Below are positions 8,230 to 16,680 of a DNA stretch of 64,000 nucleotides, in pieces. The notes beneath the pieces are model-generated. The model had not been told where the DNA came from and did no database searches. It saw only the letters and a program-made list of their open reading frames with translations. The position numbers and the translations under genes are program-made. The stretch spans positions 18,625 to 82,624 of IMG/VR virus record IMGVR_UViG_3300043446_004155; one strand, written 5' to 3'. The DNA comes from a virus. Numbering within the stretch: position 1 is the stretch's first letter; each line of letters starts with the position of its first letter.

Positions 8230-9768
8230 GTGACTAAATCAAAAGGTACGTTTGGATCCTTTGCGTCTTTCACTAAAGAAAAAGACAAGGGTCCATTTCG
8301 CTTGAAGCCGATCACAACCGAGTTCTCGAAGGGTTCGATCCCTGATTCCATAAGCACGGCCAATCGGGAATCAGCATGGTCCAGATGGCGTCGTGGCTAT
8401 GAGTTGGCCACGGCAACTTTTTACGATAACGATTTCACTTATCAATTTCAATATCAAATTCCTGTTCCTTCGGGAACTCCAAGTTCGGTAGCCAATCCAA
8501 ACCCTATTATTTCGGGTGCATTTGTTGGGTTCCCTACGACCAACAAAGAGCTCGGCATGCATTGGGCAGGTTGGCGTTACGCCGGTTCCATGAGAAGTGA
8601 TAAGTTAAAAGACCCCATTACAAACGACAGACTTTACATTGAATCAATTACACAGGACCAGAGCAACTGGTATGTAAAGCTTGCGGGTTCCTGGAGCGCA
8701 GCCAACCCACTTCCTCCTCCCTTTTATGTCGCCGTTCCAGGTGTGCCAGGAGGTTTAAAACCTTTAATTACTGAGATCCTGGAGGATCGCGTCATCACAA
8801 TTGATGGTGACATTATTGATAAAGATACAATTGACCCGACAACTCAAAAACGATATGGTTACGTTCAGGCTGTATTGACAGCCGTTAATCAAAACACAGG
8901 TATACTGACTTTCAAGAAAGCTGGTTCAGTGCAAGTGACACCGGACCAAGAATACTTAACTCCCTCTCCAGCTCAGTTTACCGTTGGGAGGTACTTAATT
9001 ACTGGCGCAAGATTCTGCTGTTCATGTCAAGATTTTACCCACAGGGATTATGCCTTCTTGACAAACCCTTCCGCTAAAGACAAGAAATTTTTTCCACGCA
9101 ATAACATTTCATCGGTTAAACCCGGACGTTATGAGGTCACAACACTGAGCGGAGTTGTTGATAACAATGCAATGAATCCGGCTACCGTCAATAGACAGAT
9201 GGATGTTTATGCACCTTCTGGATACAGCGTACCGTTTTCTTTATCCACTTCAACAACAATTGATAACAACGCCACTCGAGATAATGTTGGCGTTTATCGT
9301 GAATTTGGTGCAACGTATTTAAGAAGTACTTCGAACCCTGCAATCCCTGGATCAAAAGCAGAAGGGATGCCACTCTACGATGACTACACATCTGAACAAG
9401 GTGTTATCACGGCAATCACAGATAACTGGACGCCGTTATTAGATGAGATGCGTTATTGCAAACATATTTACGCACTTAAATTCAAAGACAATACGTTCCC
9501 TCCTGAGCCTTCTGATTTTCCTGTTCAAATCGGAAGCATGGCTGCGTGGGAACAAAAGCTAGTCGAAAATACCGAAAACGAACAGAAGGAAGCAGCATCA
9601 TTTGTGATGACCATGAGATCTCTTGCAGATATGGACGTTCCTCCATACAACTGCCAAAGCCCGATGATGATGCCAATGATGCAAAAACTATTTAATGTTC
9701 CTGCTGACTTTATCGTGATGCAAGGTTTTACCATGTTTGATAAAGACGGGAAACCATATAAGCCTTGA
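8230..9768 (+). CDS. Structural-module protein with split SWIM-like Zn finger
   Basis: FCCSCQDF ... YCKHIYAL. Confidence 0.55.
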   Translation: MTKSKGTFGSFASFTKEKDKGPFRLKPITTEFSKGSIPDSISTANRESAWSRWRRGYELATATFYDNDFTYQFQYQIPVPSGTPSSVANPNPIISGAFVGFPTTNKELGMHWAGWRYAGSMRSDKLKDPITNDRLYIESITQDQSNWYVKLAGSWSAANPLPPPFYVAVPGVPGGLKPLITEILEDRVITIDGDIIDKDTIDPTTQKRYGYVQAVLTAVNQNTGILTFKKAGSVQVTPDQEYLTPSPAQFTVGRYLITGARFCCSCQDFTHRDYAFLTNPSAKDKKFFPRNNISSVKPGRYEVTTLSGVVDNNAMNPATVNRQMDVYAPSGYSVPFSLSTSTTIDNNATRDNVGVYREFGATYLRSTSNPAIPGSKAEGMPLYDDYTSEQGVITAITDNWTPLLDEMRYCKHIYALKFKDNTFPPEPSDFPVQIGSMAAWEQKLVENTENEQKEAASFVMTMRSLADMDVPPYNCQSPMMMPMMQKLFNVPADFIVMQGFTMFDKDGKPYKP

Positions 9769-9796
9769 CATAATTCTTAATAAGGTATACTTATGT

Positions 9797-9814
9797 TAAG
9801 TCTCACGAGACTTA
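9797..9814. promoter_or_regulatory. Palindromic operator-like site TAAGTCTC-AC-GAGACTTA
   Basis: Perfect 8-bp inverted repeat just downstream of TTGACA...TATACT. Confidence 0.5.
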
Positions 9815-9887
9815 TTAGGAATTCCTTAAGAAATCGCGCCCCGTGACGTACCATTCCTAGGTTCTGGTCACGGAGACTGTTTTAACC

Positions 9888-10310
9888 ATGACTCAGCCCA
9901 TCCCTGTTGACCAGAGGATTGTTGACGAGTTTTTTCAGTTGAGCTCCCAGCGTGCCCACAAGGGAGTTGCCTGGTTGTTTGGTATGATTGCAACTTATGG
10001 CGTTAAGCCAGAAGAACTTTCTTCCTTTGACTGGGGACCGGAGAGCACGTTGATCGTGACCAACAAAAAACGTCCGATCCGCCCGCTGCACCCACAGTGG
10101 GTCTTTCTATTTGACCTACAGAAAAAACGGCCTTGCGAAATGCAAGACCGTCTACCCATCCTTTCGTCGAGTCTATACAGGCTGATGGCTCACCAGGTCA
10201 TCAGCGTTAACATCACAGATTTACTGTTGGCTCATAGGCTACGGAAACAACACTACAAGCAAATCAAGCAACAGCAGCAAGCTTCTCCTGCTTACGCAGG
10301 TGCTTTCTGA
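9888..10310 (+). CDS. Truncated/degenerate tyrosine-recombinase-like protein
   Basis: WLFGMIATYGVKPEEL resembles the cyanobacterial integrase box W..GM.ATYGLRPHE with R->K. Confidence 0.5.
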   Translation: MTQPIPVDQRIVDEFFQLSSQRAHKGVAWLFGMIATYGVKPEELSSFDWGPESTLIVTNKKRPIRPLHPQWVFLFDLQKKRPCEMQDRLPILSSSLYRLMAHQVISVNITDLLLAHRLRKQHYKQIKQQQQASPAYAGAF

Positions 10311-10482
10311 CTGCTTCCACATTCCAGCGGTAACCATCCCTGGAACGAGTCTCCGGGAATGCGGCGAAATGGGGACCGAGCTTTAGCGTGCCATTGTCCC
10401 GCATGCGGAAGAGTTCCTTGCGGTCAATACCGAGGAGTTCTTCGGCGCGGGTAACGGAGACCCAGCCTGTGTTTTGAGCCAT
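10264..10482 (-). CDS. Excisionase/MerR-like HTH DNA-binding protein
   Basis: WVSVTRAEELLGIDRKELFRMR...YRWNVEAV. Confidence 0.65.
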   Translation of the reverse strand: MAQNTGWVSVTRAEELLGIDRKELFRMRDNGTLKLGPHFAAFPETRSRDGYRWNVEAVRKHLRKQEKLAAVA

Positions 10483-10622
10483 GACTTAGGCGTCAGGGTG
10501 AACAACTCTCGTACGGTAACGGTTTAGAGCCTTGGGTCAAGGGCATTCATACTTTTTTAATGCTCGCATGAAGAACTGTAAAGCTTAAGGAAATTAAAAT
10601 AAGGTAACGGCAACTAAAGAGC

Positions 10623-11117
10623 ATGTATTACAGCGAGCATGAGCCCATTGCCCTTCTCGTTGAAATCACGCCAAAGTTAGCAAAGAAACGTTTTAGGGAT
10701 GAGATCTATAAGTCCTGGAACCACAAATGCGCTTATTGTGGAGACGATGCAACAAGCTTGGACCATGTGATTCCGCGTCATAAATCAGGTGAGACAACTC
10801 GCAAAAATTTAGTGCCAGCCTGCAGGCGCTGCAATGCTTCCAAGGCATCTTACAAGTTACACGAGTGGTACTTAAATCAAGATTTCTTTTCTAAAGCTAG
10901 GCTCAATAGAATTGAGAGATGGATTGATCAGAATCCTTTCCAGGTATTGCATTGGGAAGAAGAAACAGATTCATCATTAGTACGAGTTAATTATGTCGGA
11001 CAAACCAAGGAAAGCTGTGGCTGCTGCCAAGCGATACCAGAAGGACAAGATGAAATGCAACTCGCCGCAGCGTACCCCCGGTCACAAGACCAAATCTCAT
11101 ATTGTCAAAGCTTGTGA
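10623..11117 (+). CDS. HNH endonuclease
   Basis: CAYCG..LDHVIP...NLVPACRRCN. Confidence 0.85.
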   Translation: MYYSEHEPIALLVEITPKLAKKRFRDEIYKSWNHKCAYCGDDATSLDHVIPRHKSGETTRKNLVPACRRCNASKASYKLHEWYLNQDFFSKARLNRIERWIDQNPFQVLHWEEETDSSLVRVNYVGQTKESCGCCQAIPEGQDEMQLAAAYPRSQDQISYCQSL

Positions 11118-11295
11118 AGGAGGTGAGGAGAAGATCATTCGCTTTGGACAGCAAGGCGTAGAAGGCGCCGGCAAGAACCCCAAAACAGAAAAGGACAAAG
11201 CCCGCAAGAAGTCGTATTATGCACGACATAATGCCCAGGATCCCAATCCTGACAAGATGTCTGCACGGTACTGGAGTCATAAAACGAAATGGTAA
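10993..11295 (+). CDS. Basic hypothetical phage protein
   Basis: KIIRFGQQG...SYYARH...SARYWS motif seen in many phages. Confidence 0.65.
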   Translation: MSDKPRKAVAAAKRYQKDKMKCNSPQRTPGHKTKSHIVKACEGGEEKIIRFGQQGVEGAGKNPKTEKDKARKKSYYARHNAQDPNPDKMSARYWSHKTKW

Positions 11296-11407
11296 ATAGC
11301 GTCAAGTGGTATAATGTTCGATGGGTCACTCCTAAGGAACAATCCAACAACAGGCGTGCCAGGAACTCAGTTTGCCGCTAAACTGCGTGGGCTGATTTCT
11401 TTCCAGC

Positions 11408-11533
11408 ATGGCAAAACCCAAATCCTCCGGCTCCATCAAAATTCAATCCAAGCCCAAAAAAACTCGTCAGGGACAGGGAATGAATTCACTTCCTAATCAC
11501 GGACGTAAACAACGTCGCGGTCAAGGGAAGTAA
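11408..11533 (+). CDS. 41-aa very basic cyanophage-type micro-protein (MAKPK...KKTRQGQG...RRGQGK)
   Basis: Manual translation; not in the ORF track. Confidence 0.65.
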   Translation: MAKPKSSGSIKIQSKPKKTRQGQGMNSLPNHGRKQRRGQGK

Positions 11534-11569
11534 TTATTTGTGTATATTGGGGGTAATTAAGTTACCCCC

Positions 11570-12235
11570 ATGTCTGATTTTTCTGCTGCAATTGAACTAA
11601 TCAGAAAATACGAAGGGTATAACGAGAAGGCTTACCCAGATCCAACCACTGGTGCCGAGCCGTACACCATTGGTTATGGCACCCAGTTTTATCCGGACGG
11701 CTCTCCAGTCAGGCGCGGACATCTTTGCACAAAACGCAAAGCTCTGGAGTACCTGTACCACGAATTAGAAGTCCTTGATACAGAGCTAAAGAAACTAAAT
11801 CTTGGCCTTGATGATTCAATGCATCAAGCTTTGCTTTCGTTTTGTCATTCCGTAGGCTGGAGCTCCTTCCTGTACAGCAATATCATCGATTGCCTAGAAC
11901 GAGAAGACTGGCGTGGTGCAAGCCAAGAGATTCCCAAATGGGTCTTTGATCAAGACCATAAGATGGTTGGCGCCCTTTTGCACCGCCGCCAGGAAGAGGT
12001 AGCGCTGTTCTTGCGTCAGGCCAATGACAACCCCTGGATCTCTGCAGAGATTCTCTTGACGGCTTTCCGTAATTACAGCGCAGCTGCCCACCAGGTACGT
12101 GCAATCCGCATCCTTGAGGAATCCATCAATCCTTACACCTTGTCTGAATTTGCTAATAACTACAGGATTGACGAAGACCCCTGGTGCGCCTCAGAGTACG
12201 AGGATTTCGATCCTCAAGGCATCTGTGACATTTAG
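11570..12235 (+). CDS. Phage lysozyme (GH24)
   Basis: YEG...AYPDP...YTIGYG...RRQEE. Confidence 0.88.
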   Translation: MSDFSAAIELIRKYEGYNEKAYPDPTTGAEPYTIGYGTQFYPDGSPVRRGHLCTKRKALEYLYHELEVLDTELKKLNLGLDDSMHQALLSFCHSVGWSSFLYSNIIDCLEREDWRGASQEIPKWVFDQDHKMVGALLHRRQEEVALFLRQANDNPWISAEILLTAFRNYSAAAHQVRAIRILEESINPYTLSEFANNYRIDEDPWCASEYEDFDPQGICDI

Positions 12236-12259
12236 CCCTAGAATAGTTCTAATTGAAGT

Positions 12260-12559
12260 ATGAAACCAGGAATGGACAGATCGGTTGAACCTCACCAATT
12301 TGAGCTTCCTTTAGAGCTTCAATTCTCGATGCGCAAGGCCGAGCTACAGGCTCAGGAGATGACGTGGGATCAGCTTTATTCCGCACTTCTGAATTTGTAC
12401 CACCAACGCCTGATGGAGTGGTATGCGGTTAAATCATTGATGGCCGATGAGAATGTCAATATCGAGTTTGACATCCCCACCGACCTTGAATTAGCAGAAC
12501 TTGCCGCCGCATGCATTTACGACGACGAGGATGATGACGACGAACTTCAGCCGTTCTGA
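12260..12559 (+). CDS. nblA: NblA-like phycobilisome degradation protein with acidic tail
   Basis: ELPLELQFSMRKAELQAQEMTWDQLYSALLNLYHQ aligns by eye to NblA LSLEQQF.IR....V..MS.DQ....L..LY.Q. Confidence 0.6.
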   Translation: MKPGMDRSVEPHQFELPLELQFSMRKAELQAQEMTWDQLYSALLNLYHQRLMEWYAVKSLMADENVNIEFDIPTDLELAELAAACIYDDEDDDDELQPF

Positions 12560-13056
12560 GCTTCGTCAAATTGAATGAGGCGATCCAAGTACCACTGAGC
12601 TTTTTTCAGGGACTTTGTACCGCCTTTCAGTCGTTCACGCCATCCATATTTCATCAAATTGCCTTTGCAGTAACCACGGAATTCTTCCGGAGTTAACGAA
12701 GCCTCAATAGCTTCAATGCACTCAATTTCACCATCGGTGTAGTGCGGAGGATGGTTCACCTCGTCTGGTTGAACCACAGGTGCTTCTTCCTTGACAGCCC
12801 AAGGTACCGGGCAGACGCCGTCTTTACATTCCATCTTGAGAGTATCGTCAGTTTCTACCGGAGCAAACCACGCCTTTTCTGGGACAGAAGCAGTTCTTCC
12901 TCCGGAGCCATTCCCAAGTCCAGCACTAAGGTCTTTGGTCGTGGAGATGAAGCTGGGTACATCTCCACTGCTTCCTCCATCGATGGGATATAACCCGTCA
13001 TTCCAGGCCGTGCCCCCTCGAGTTCCAGTGGATTCCTCTCCAGTCCCTCTTCGCAT
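12547..13056 (-). CDS. DUF3310-family protein (true start probably downstream of 13056)
   Basis: DEVNHPPHY...IECIEAI...GYCKGN..KY.WR...SLKKAQWY. Confidence 0.8.
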   Translation of the reverse strand: MRRGTGEESTGTRGGTAWNDGLYPIDGGSSGDVPSFISTTKDLSAGLGNGSGGRTASVPEKAWFAPVETDDTLKMECKDGVCPVPWAVKEEAPVVQPDEVNHPPHYTDGEIECIEAIEASLTPEEFRGYCKGNLMKYGWRERLKGGTKSLKKAQWYLDRLIQFDEAQNG

Positions 13057-13211
13057 AACGTCAAGCCGCGATTGTACTGGTCATATAATGGCACATCATT
13101 TTCTTCATTGTCGAGATCAGTGCCAAATGTTGCCTGATTCAGACAACGGCACATGACTTCATCAATGATGCTTTGACCGAGACCGTCGCGGTAATCAGCA
13201 GGGCTATGCAT
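12855..13211 (-). CDS. Hypothetical protein
   Basis: 118-aa ORF overlapping the DUF3310 ORF 5' end. Confidence 0.5.
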   Translation of the reverse strand: MHSPADYRDGLGQSIIDEVMCRCLNQATFGTDLDNEENDVPLYDQYNRGLTLCEEGLERNPLELEGARPGMTGYIPSMEEAVEMYPASSPRPKTLVLDLGMAPEEELLLSQKRRGLLR

Positions 13212-13252
13212 GGAAATATCCTGGCCTAAATTGCCTCGATTACAATATTAAC

Positions 13253-13714
13253 ATGGCAAGATTCTATAACCCACGTCGAGAAAATATCGACCAACCGGTG
13301 GATACACCAGTTGGTTACAAAGGTCGGCTTGAGTACGACCCACGCCATGATTCTGGTTCTTCTGGTGGTGAAGTCAGTGACCTTACGCCGGAACGTCAAT
13401 ATGACGTTGACTTACGTCGACTAGATCGAGAGGAGCGCGATACAGCTGCAGCCGCTGATACCGCCAACGTTATTCAGCAGGGTCGTGTTTCGCGTTACCT
13501 CAATGCAGCACGTTTGGCCGAGAAGTATAAATCTCAGGCCGATACAAAGTATCCAATCATTGGTAATTCCGTGGGACGTTATCCATCAGGCCGACAGGGT
13601 GTTGTTCTACCAAGCTTGGGTGATGCTCCAGGGGCTCGTGGAAGTGTCAACTATCCCAACAAGCCCCAGCCGCGTACAGGCCGTGCTTACAACTGGCTTG
13701 ATTCCTTTGCTTGA
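13253..13714 (+). CDS. Hypothetical protein
   Basis: 153-aa ORF preceded by TACAAT. Confidence 0.55.
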   Translation: MARFYNPRRENIDQPVDTPVGYKGRLEYDPRHDSGSSGGEVSDLTPERQYDVDLRRLDREERDTAAAADTANVIQQGRVSRYLNAARLAEKYKSQADTKYPIIGNSVGRYPSGRQGVVLPSLGDAPGARGSVNYPNKPQPRTGRAYNWLDSFA

Positions 13715-14302
13715 TCAGACCTTACTGAAGACAACTTCAGGGGCTTGATTCTGGTATTTACCCTTGCGGTCCTGGTAGCTAACTTCGCATGGGTTACCGC
13801 GATAGAAGAGGAGTTGGGTCACACCTTCATCTGCGTAAATACGGTTGAACAGTCCCGTGCAGTTACTGATTTCAAGCGTCAGGTAACCTTCCCAGCCACT
13901 CTCAGCAGGAGTGATATTAACCAGGATTCCCGATCGGGCATACGTAGATTTGCCAACGGCAACGACAGTCACATCACGGGGGAGCTTGAGTCGCTCTCGT
14001 GCCACACCCAGGCAATACCCGTAGGGAGGAAGCAGGAAGTATTTGCCCTTCTCGTCTTCCAGCAATTCGGCATTAGTTAGGATCTCTGGCTTGAAATCCT
14101 TTGGATCGCATTCACCCTCTGAGATGCGTCCAAAAATAAGACATTGCTCCGGCGATAAACGAATGTCGTACCCATAAGAGCTCAGTCCATAGCTGAGAAT
14201 ACGGCGGCCATCTTCTTTGCTGACGAGGCGATCCTGGAACGGAACGATCATCTCCTCATCTTCCGCCAGCTGACGGATTTCCTTATCGCAGAGAACGCTC
14301 AT
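13715..14302 (-). CDS. dcd: dCTP deaminase
   Basis: LSYGLSSYGYDIRL, GKSTYARSG, EGYLTLEISN, YQDRKGKYQ. Confidence 0.95.
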   Translation of the reverse strand: MSVLCDKEIRQLAEDEEMIVPFQDRLVSKEDGRRILSYGLSSYGYDIRLSPEQCLIFGRISEGECDPKDFKPEILTNAELLEDEKGKYFLLPPYGYCLGVARERLKLPRDVTVVAVGKSTYARSGILVNITPAESGWEGYLTLEISNCTGLFNRIYADEGVTQLLFYRGNPCEVSYQDRKGKYQNQAPEVVFSKV

Positions 14303-14334
14303 AGACCCTTTAAAGCTTTTTCAATATAGATCAT

Positions 14335-14922
14335 TTAGCAAAGAACACGCCCTTTTTCAGCGTAAATGTCGATAAATTTCTGGGTTGCTTCACCGACATT
14401 GTCCTTGGGTTGCAGATAAACCAAGAATGAAGTACAGGTGTTGTGTTTCTTGATTCCTTCGTTTGTTCGTGCAACAAGCGTTGGTACAGTACGGAGAATG
14501 CACACAGGAAAATCAAAGAGACGCTGCTCGTACCTAAACATATCGGGGCAGTTGGAGAAATAAAGTCCTTCCTCAATCTCGTTGTGGTACCAAGCTTTGA
14601 AAAGACGCCGAAACCAAACGGCATGGGACGATGTCAAAGTCGCAGAGCATGCCCTGGTCATTTTCCACCGCTCGTTCTTCTTATCCCAAAAGTACGTTCC
14701 GCTGGGTGGGAATAAGTAAACTTTGCCGAACCATTCTTGATCGTTCAGTCCATCATCCGTAGGTGTAAAGAAGTTTTTTGCGTTGATGTATTCATTGGCA
14801 AAAGCAGAGCTGGCTACATCAAGGTCGATGTGACCCATTAGGCCGTGCGCTGCTGCAACGAGATCTGCATTAGTCACAAGCTCCAGATCTTCACGGCGCA
14901 TGCCGCTTTTTGTAATTGCCAT
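14335..14922 (-). CDS. Phage N6-adenine DNA methyltransferase-like protein with atypical motif IV (FPPS)
   Basis: IDLDVASS, DDGL..EWFGKVYLFPPS. Confidence 0.6.
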   Translation of the reverse strand: MAITKSGMRREDLELVTNADLVAAAHGLMGHIDLDVASSAFANEYINAKNFFTPTDDGLNDQEWFGKVYLFPPSGTYFWDKKNERWKMTRACSATLTSSHAVWFRRLFKAWYHNEIEEGLYFSNCPDMFRYEQRLFDFPVCILRTVPTLVARTNEGIKKHNTCTSFLVYLQPKDNVGEATQKFIDIYAEKGRVLC

Positions 14923-15308
14923 TACGAGTTGGTTGCTTTGTTGTAATCCACTTCAAAATATCGAATGCCCTCGTCATCATTAATGACGTATCCAGCTTTT
15001 TCAGTTGGATCAATTTTTTGTGCTGCAGAGAGAATACGACGGAAGCTCTCGGCTAAATCACCGTCATTTGCCCGTTCACACTCCTCTTGTGCTGAGTGAA
15101 TTTCTTTAAGTGTCCAGAAGAACATCGAGCGTTCTTTGTTCCTTGGCTGGAACACCATCACGCCAGGCCCCTCTGCATCCCACATTTTGCAGTAATGTTC
15201 GCCCATGTCACCAAGGATTAAACGCACTGTGGCATCCAGCATGCGGACCTTGGTATCGTCCATGTCAGGACCGATGGCCTGAGCAATTAATTTCTCGCGC
15301 CTATTCAT
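14922..15308 (-). CDS. Hypothetical protein
   Basis: Translationally coupled ORF. Confidence 0.6.
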   Translation of the reverse strand: MNRREKLIAQAIGPDMDDTKVRMLDATVRLILGDMGEHYCKMWDAEGPGVMVFQPRNKERSMFFWTLKEIHSAQEECERANDGDLAESFRRILSAAQKIDPTEKAGYVINDDEGIRYFEVDYNKATNS

Positions 15309-15783
15309 TGGATGCTAACCCTTGCTTTTGGAGGACTTCTTGGAGTTTGGGCAGTGGTTGATAGATGACAACCAACTTGCCAAGAACCCCGCGTTTTTTA
15401 ATAAGCTTACCGCTTTCGTCCCGAAGTTTGTCAAATTCACCGGAACGGATCAGATATTCGGCAACACAACGCAACCTCCGCTTAAGAGGAAGTTCTGCCG
15501 CTGGGAACTTGCTACAAATGGTATCGGGCTTCATGTCGCGGAAAGCAACACGTAATCGATTGGCCAAGGTCATGTTGGAATTCACGTCTTCTTCCTCGTA
15601 GTTCCTGATCACTTCCAGATAACGACGCAGGCAACCACCATCAAAAGACCCCTCGGGTGGCATAAAACATTCCACCTGCAGAGCCAAGGAAACTGGAAGG
15701 AGTTCTTTGTAATTCTCCAGGCTGACTTCCTCGATTAGAAAGGTTTCGAACCTATGAGCCAGAGGTACTGTTTTCTTCTGCAT
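15301..15783 (-). CDS. Hypothetical protein
   Basis: Overlapping coupled ORF. Confidence 0.6.
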   Translation of the reverse strand: MQKKTVPLAHRFETFLIEEVSLENYKELLPVSLALQVECFMPPEGSFDGGCLRRYLEVIRNYEEEDVNSNMTLANRLRVAFRDMKPDTICSKFPAAELPLKRRLRCVAEYLIRSGEFDKLRDESGKLIKKRGVLGKLVVIYQPLPKLQEVLQKQGLASNE

Positions 15784-16228
15784 CTGGAGAGTTTTCTAAG
15801 GAAGCCAAGTAAGCATCAATGGAATGCTCGTTAATTCGATAAGCGTGAGAATTTCTTTCTTTGTAGTCTCGATTAGTCAGTTCAGGGTTTTTGGCAAAAG
15901 AACGCACCAGGTGATTCCAGGGGATCCGAAGCTTGTTCTTTTTGCCGGCACCTGGATTGATGTTGACGTAATGAACACCCTCCGTCCAGCCAGCGCCTCT
16001 TGTACTGGTTTTGCCAATAGAAATCCAGTTGCGAATTGTTTGGTCAGACACTGACAAACGCCTGGCACACTCCTCGGTTGAAATGTATTCGTCTGCATAC
16101 ATCTCAGGGTTCGGACTGTTTTTATCTTTGGCACCTTGCTGTAGAGCCCAAAGACTGCCAAGAATGTTACGAATTCCTTTTAATTCGTAAGCGATGTCCT
16201 CTAGGCCTTTGCGAATTCCGTACGACAT
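15752..16228 (-). CDS. HTH (excisionase-like) DNA-binding protein
   Basis: YISTEECARRLSVSDQTIRNWI. Confidence 0.75.
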   Translation of the reverse strand: MSYGIRKGLEDIAYELKGIRNILGSLWALQQGAKDKNSPNPEMYADEYISTEECARRLSVSDQTIRNWISIGKTSTRGAGWTEGVHYVNINPGAGKKNKLRIPWNHLVRSFAKNPELTNRDYKERNSHAYRINEHSIDAYLASLENSPDAEENSTSGS

Positions 16229-16276
16229 ACCTCAACTGTTTTGGCTAAATGCTAATGTATTTGAACAAGAGTTGTA

Positions 16277-16627
16277 ATGACCATGGACGAACAAGTCCAA
16301 AACAGCATTCCACCTGAGTTTCGTCAGCTGCCAAAACTATCGGCGGAACAAATTGAAATGCTGAAAGCTGTCGCCAAGGAACGTGCGATTGCCCAAGCAG
16401 CCGCCGAAGCACCTCCTCAACCGCCCCAGAATCAACGACTTGCTGCACCGCCACCGTCCATGGTGCCACCCCAAACGCAACCTCAGATCATCTATTTGCG
16501 ACGCAACTTTACGGTTGCAGAACTCCTGTTGGTTCTTCTCCTATCCTGTGGCTTGGTTGCTGGGACACAAGCATTATGGGGAATTGGATCGCGCATCTTA
16601 CCTCAGATCGAAATAAAGGTCAAATAA
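16277..16627 (+). CDS. Pro/Gln-rich protein with C-terminal transmembrane helix
   Basis: LLLVLLLSCGLVAG segment. Confidence 0.55.
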   Translation: MTMDEQVQNSIPPEFRQLPKLSAEQIEMLKAVAKERAIAQAAAEAPPQPPQNQRLAAPPPSMVPPQTQPQIIYLRRNFTVAELLLVLLLSCGLVAGTQALWGIGSRILPQIEIKVK

Positions 16628-16680
16628 AAATACGGCAAACCTAAACTATAATTTTAGTTATAAGGTTTGCAGGCGTATAC

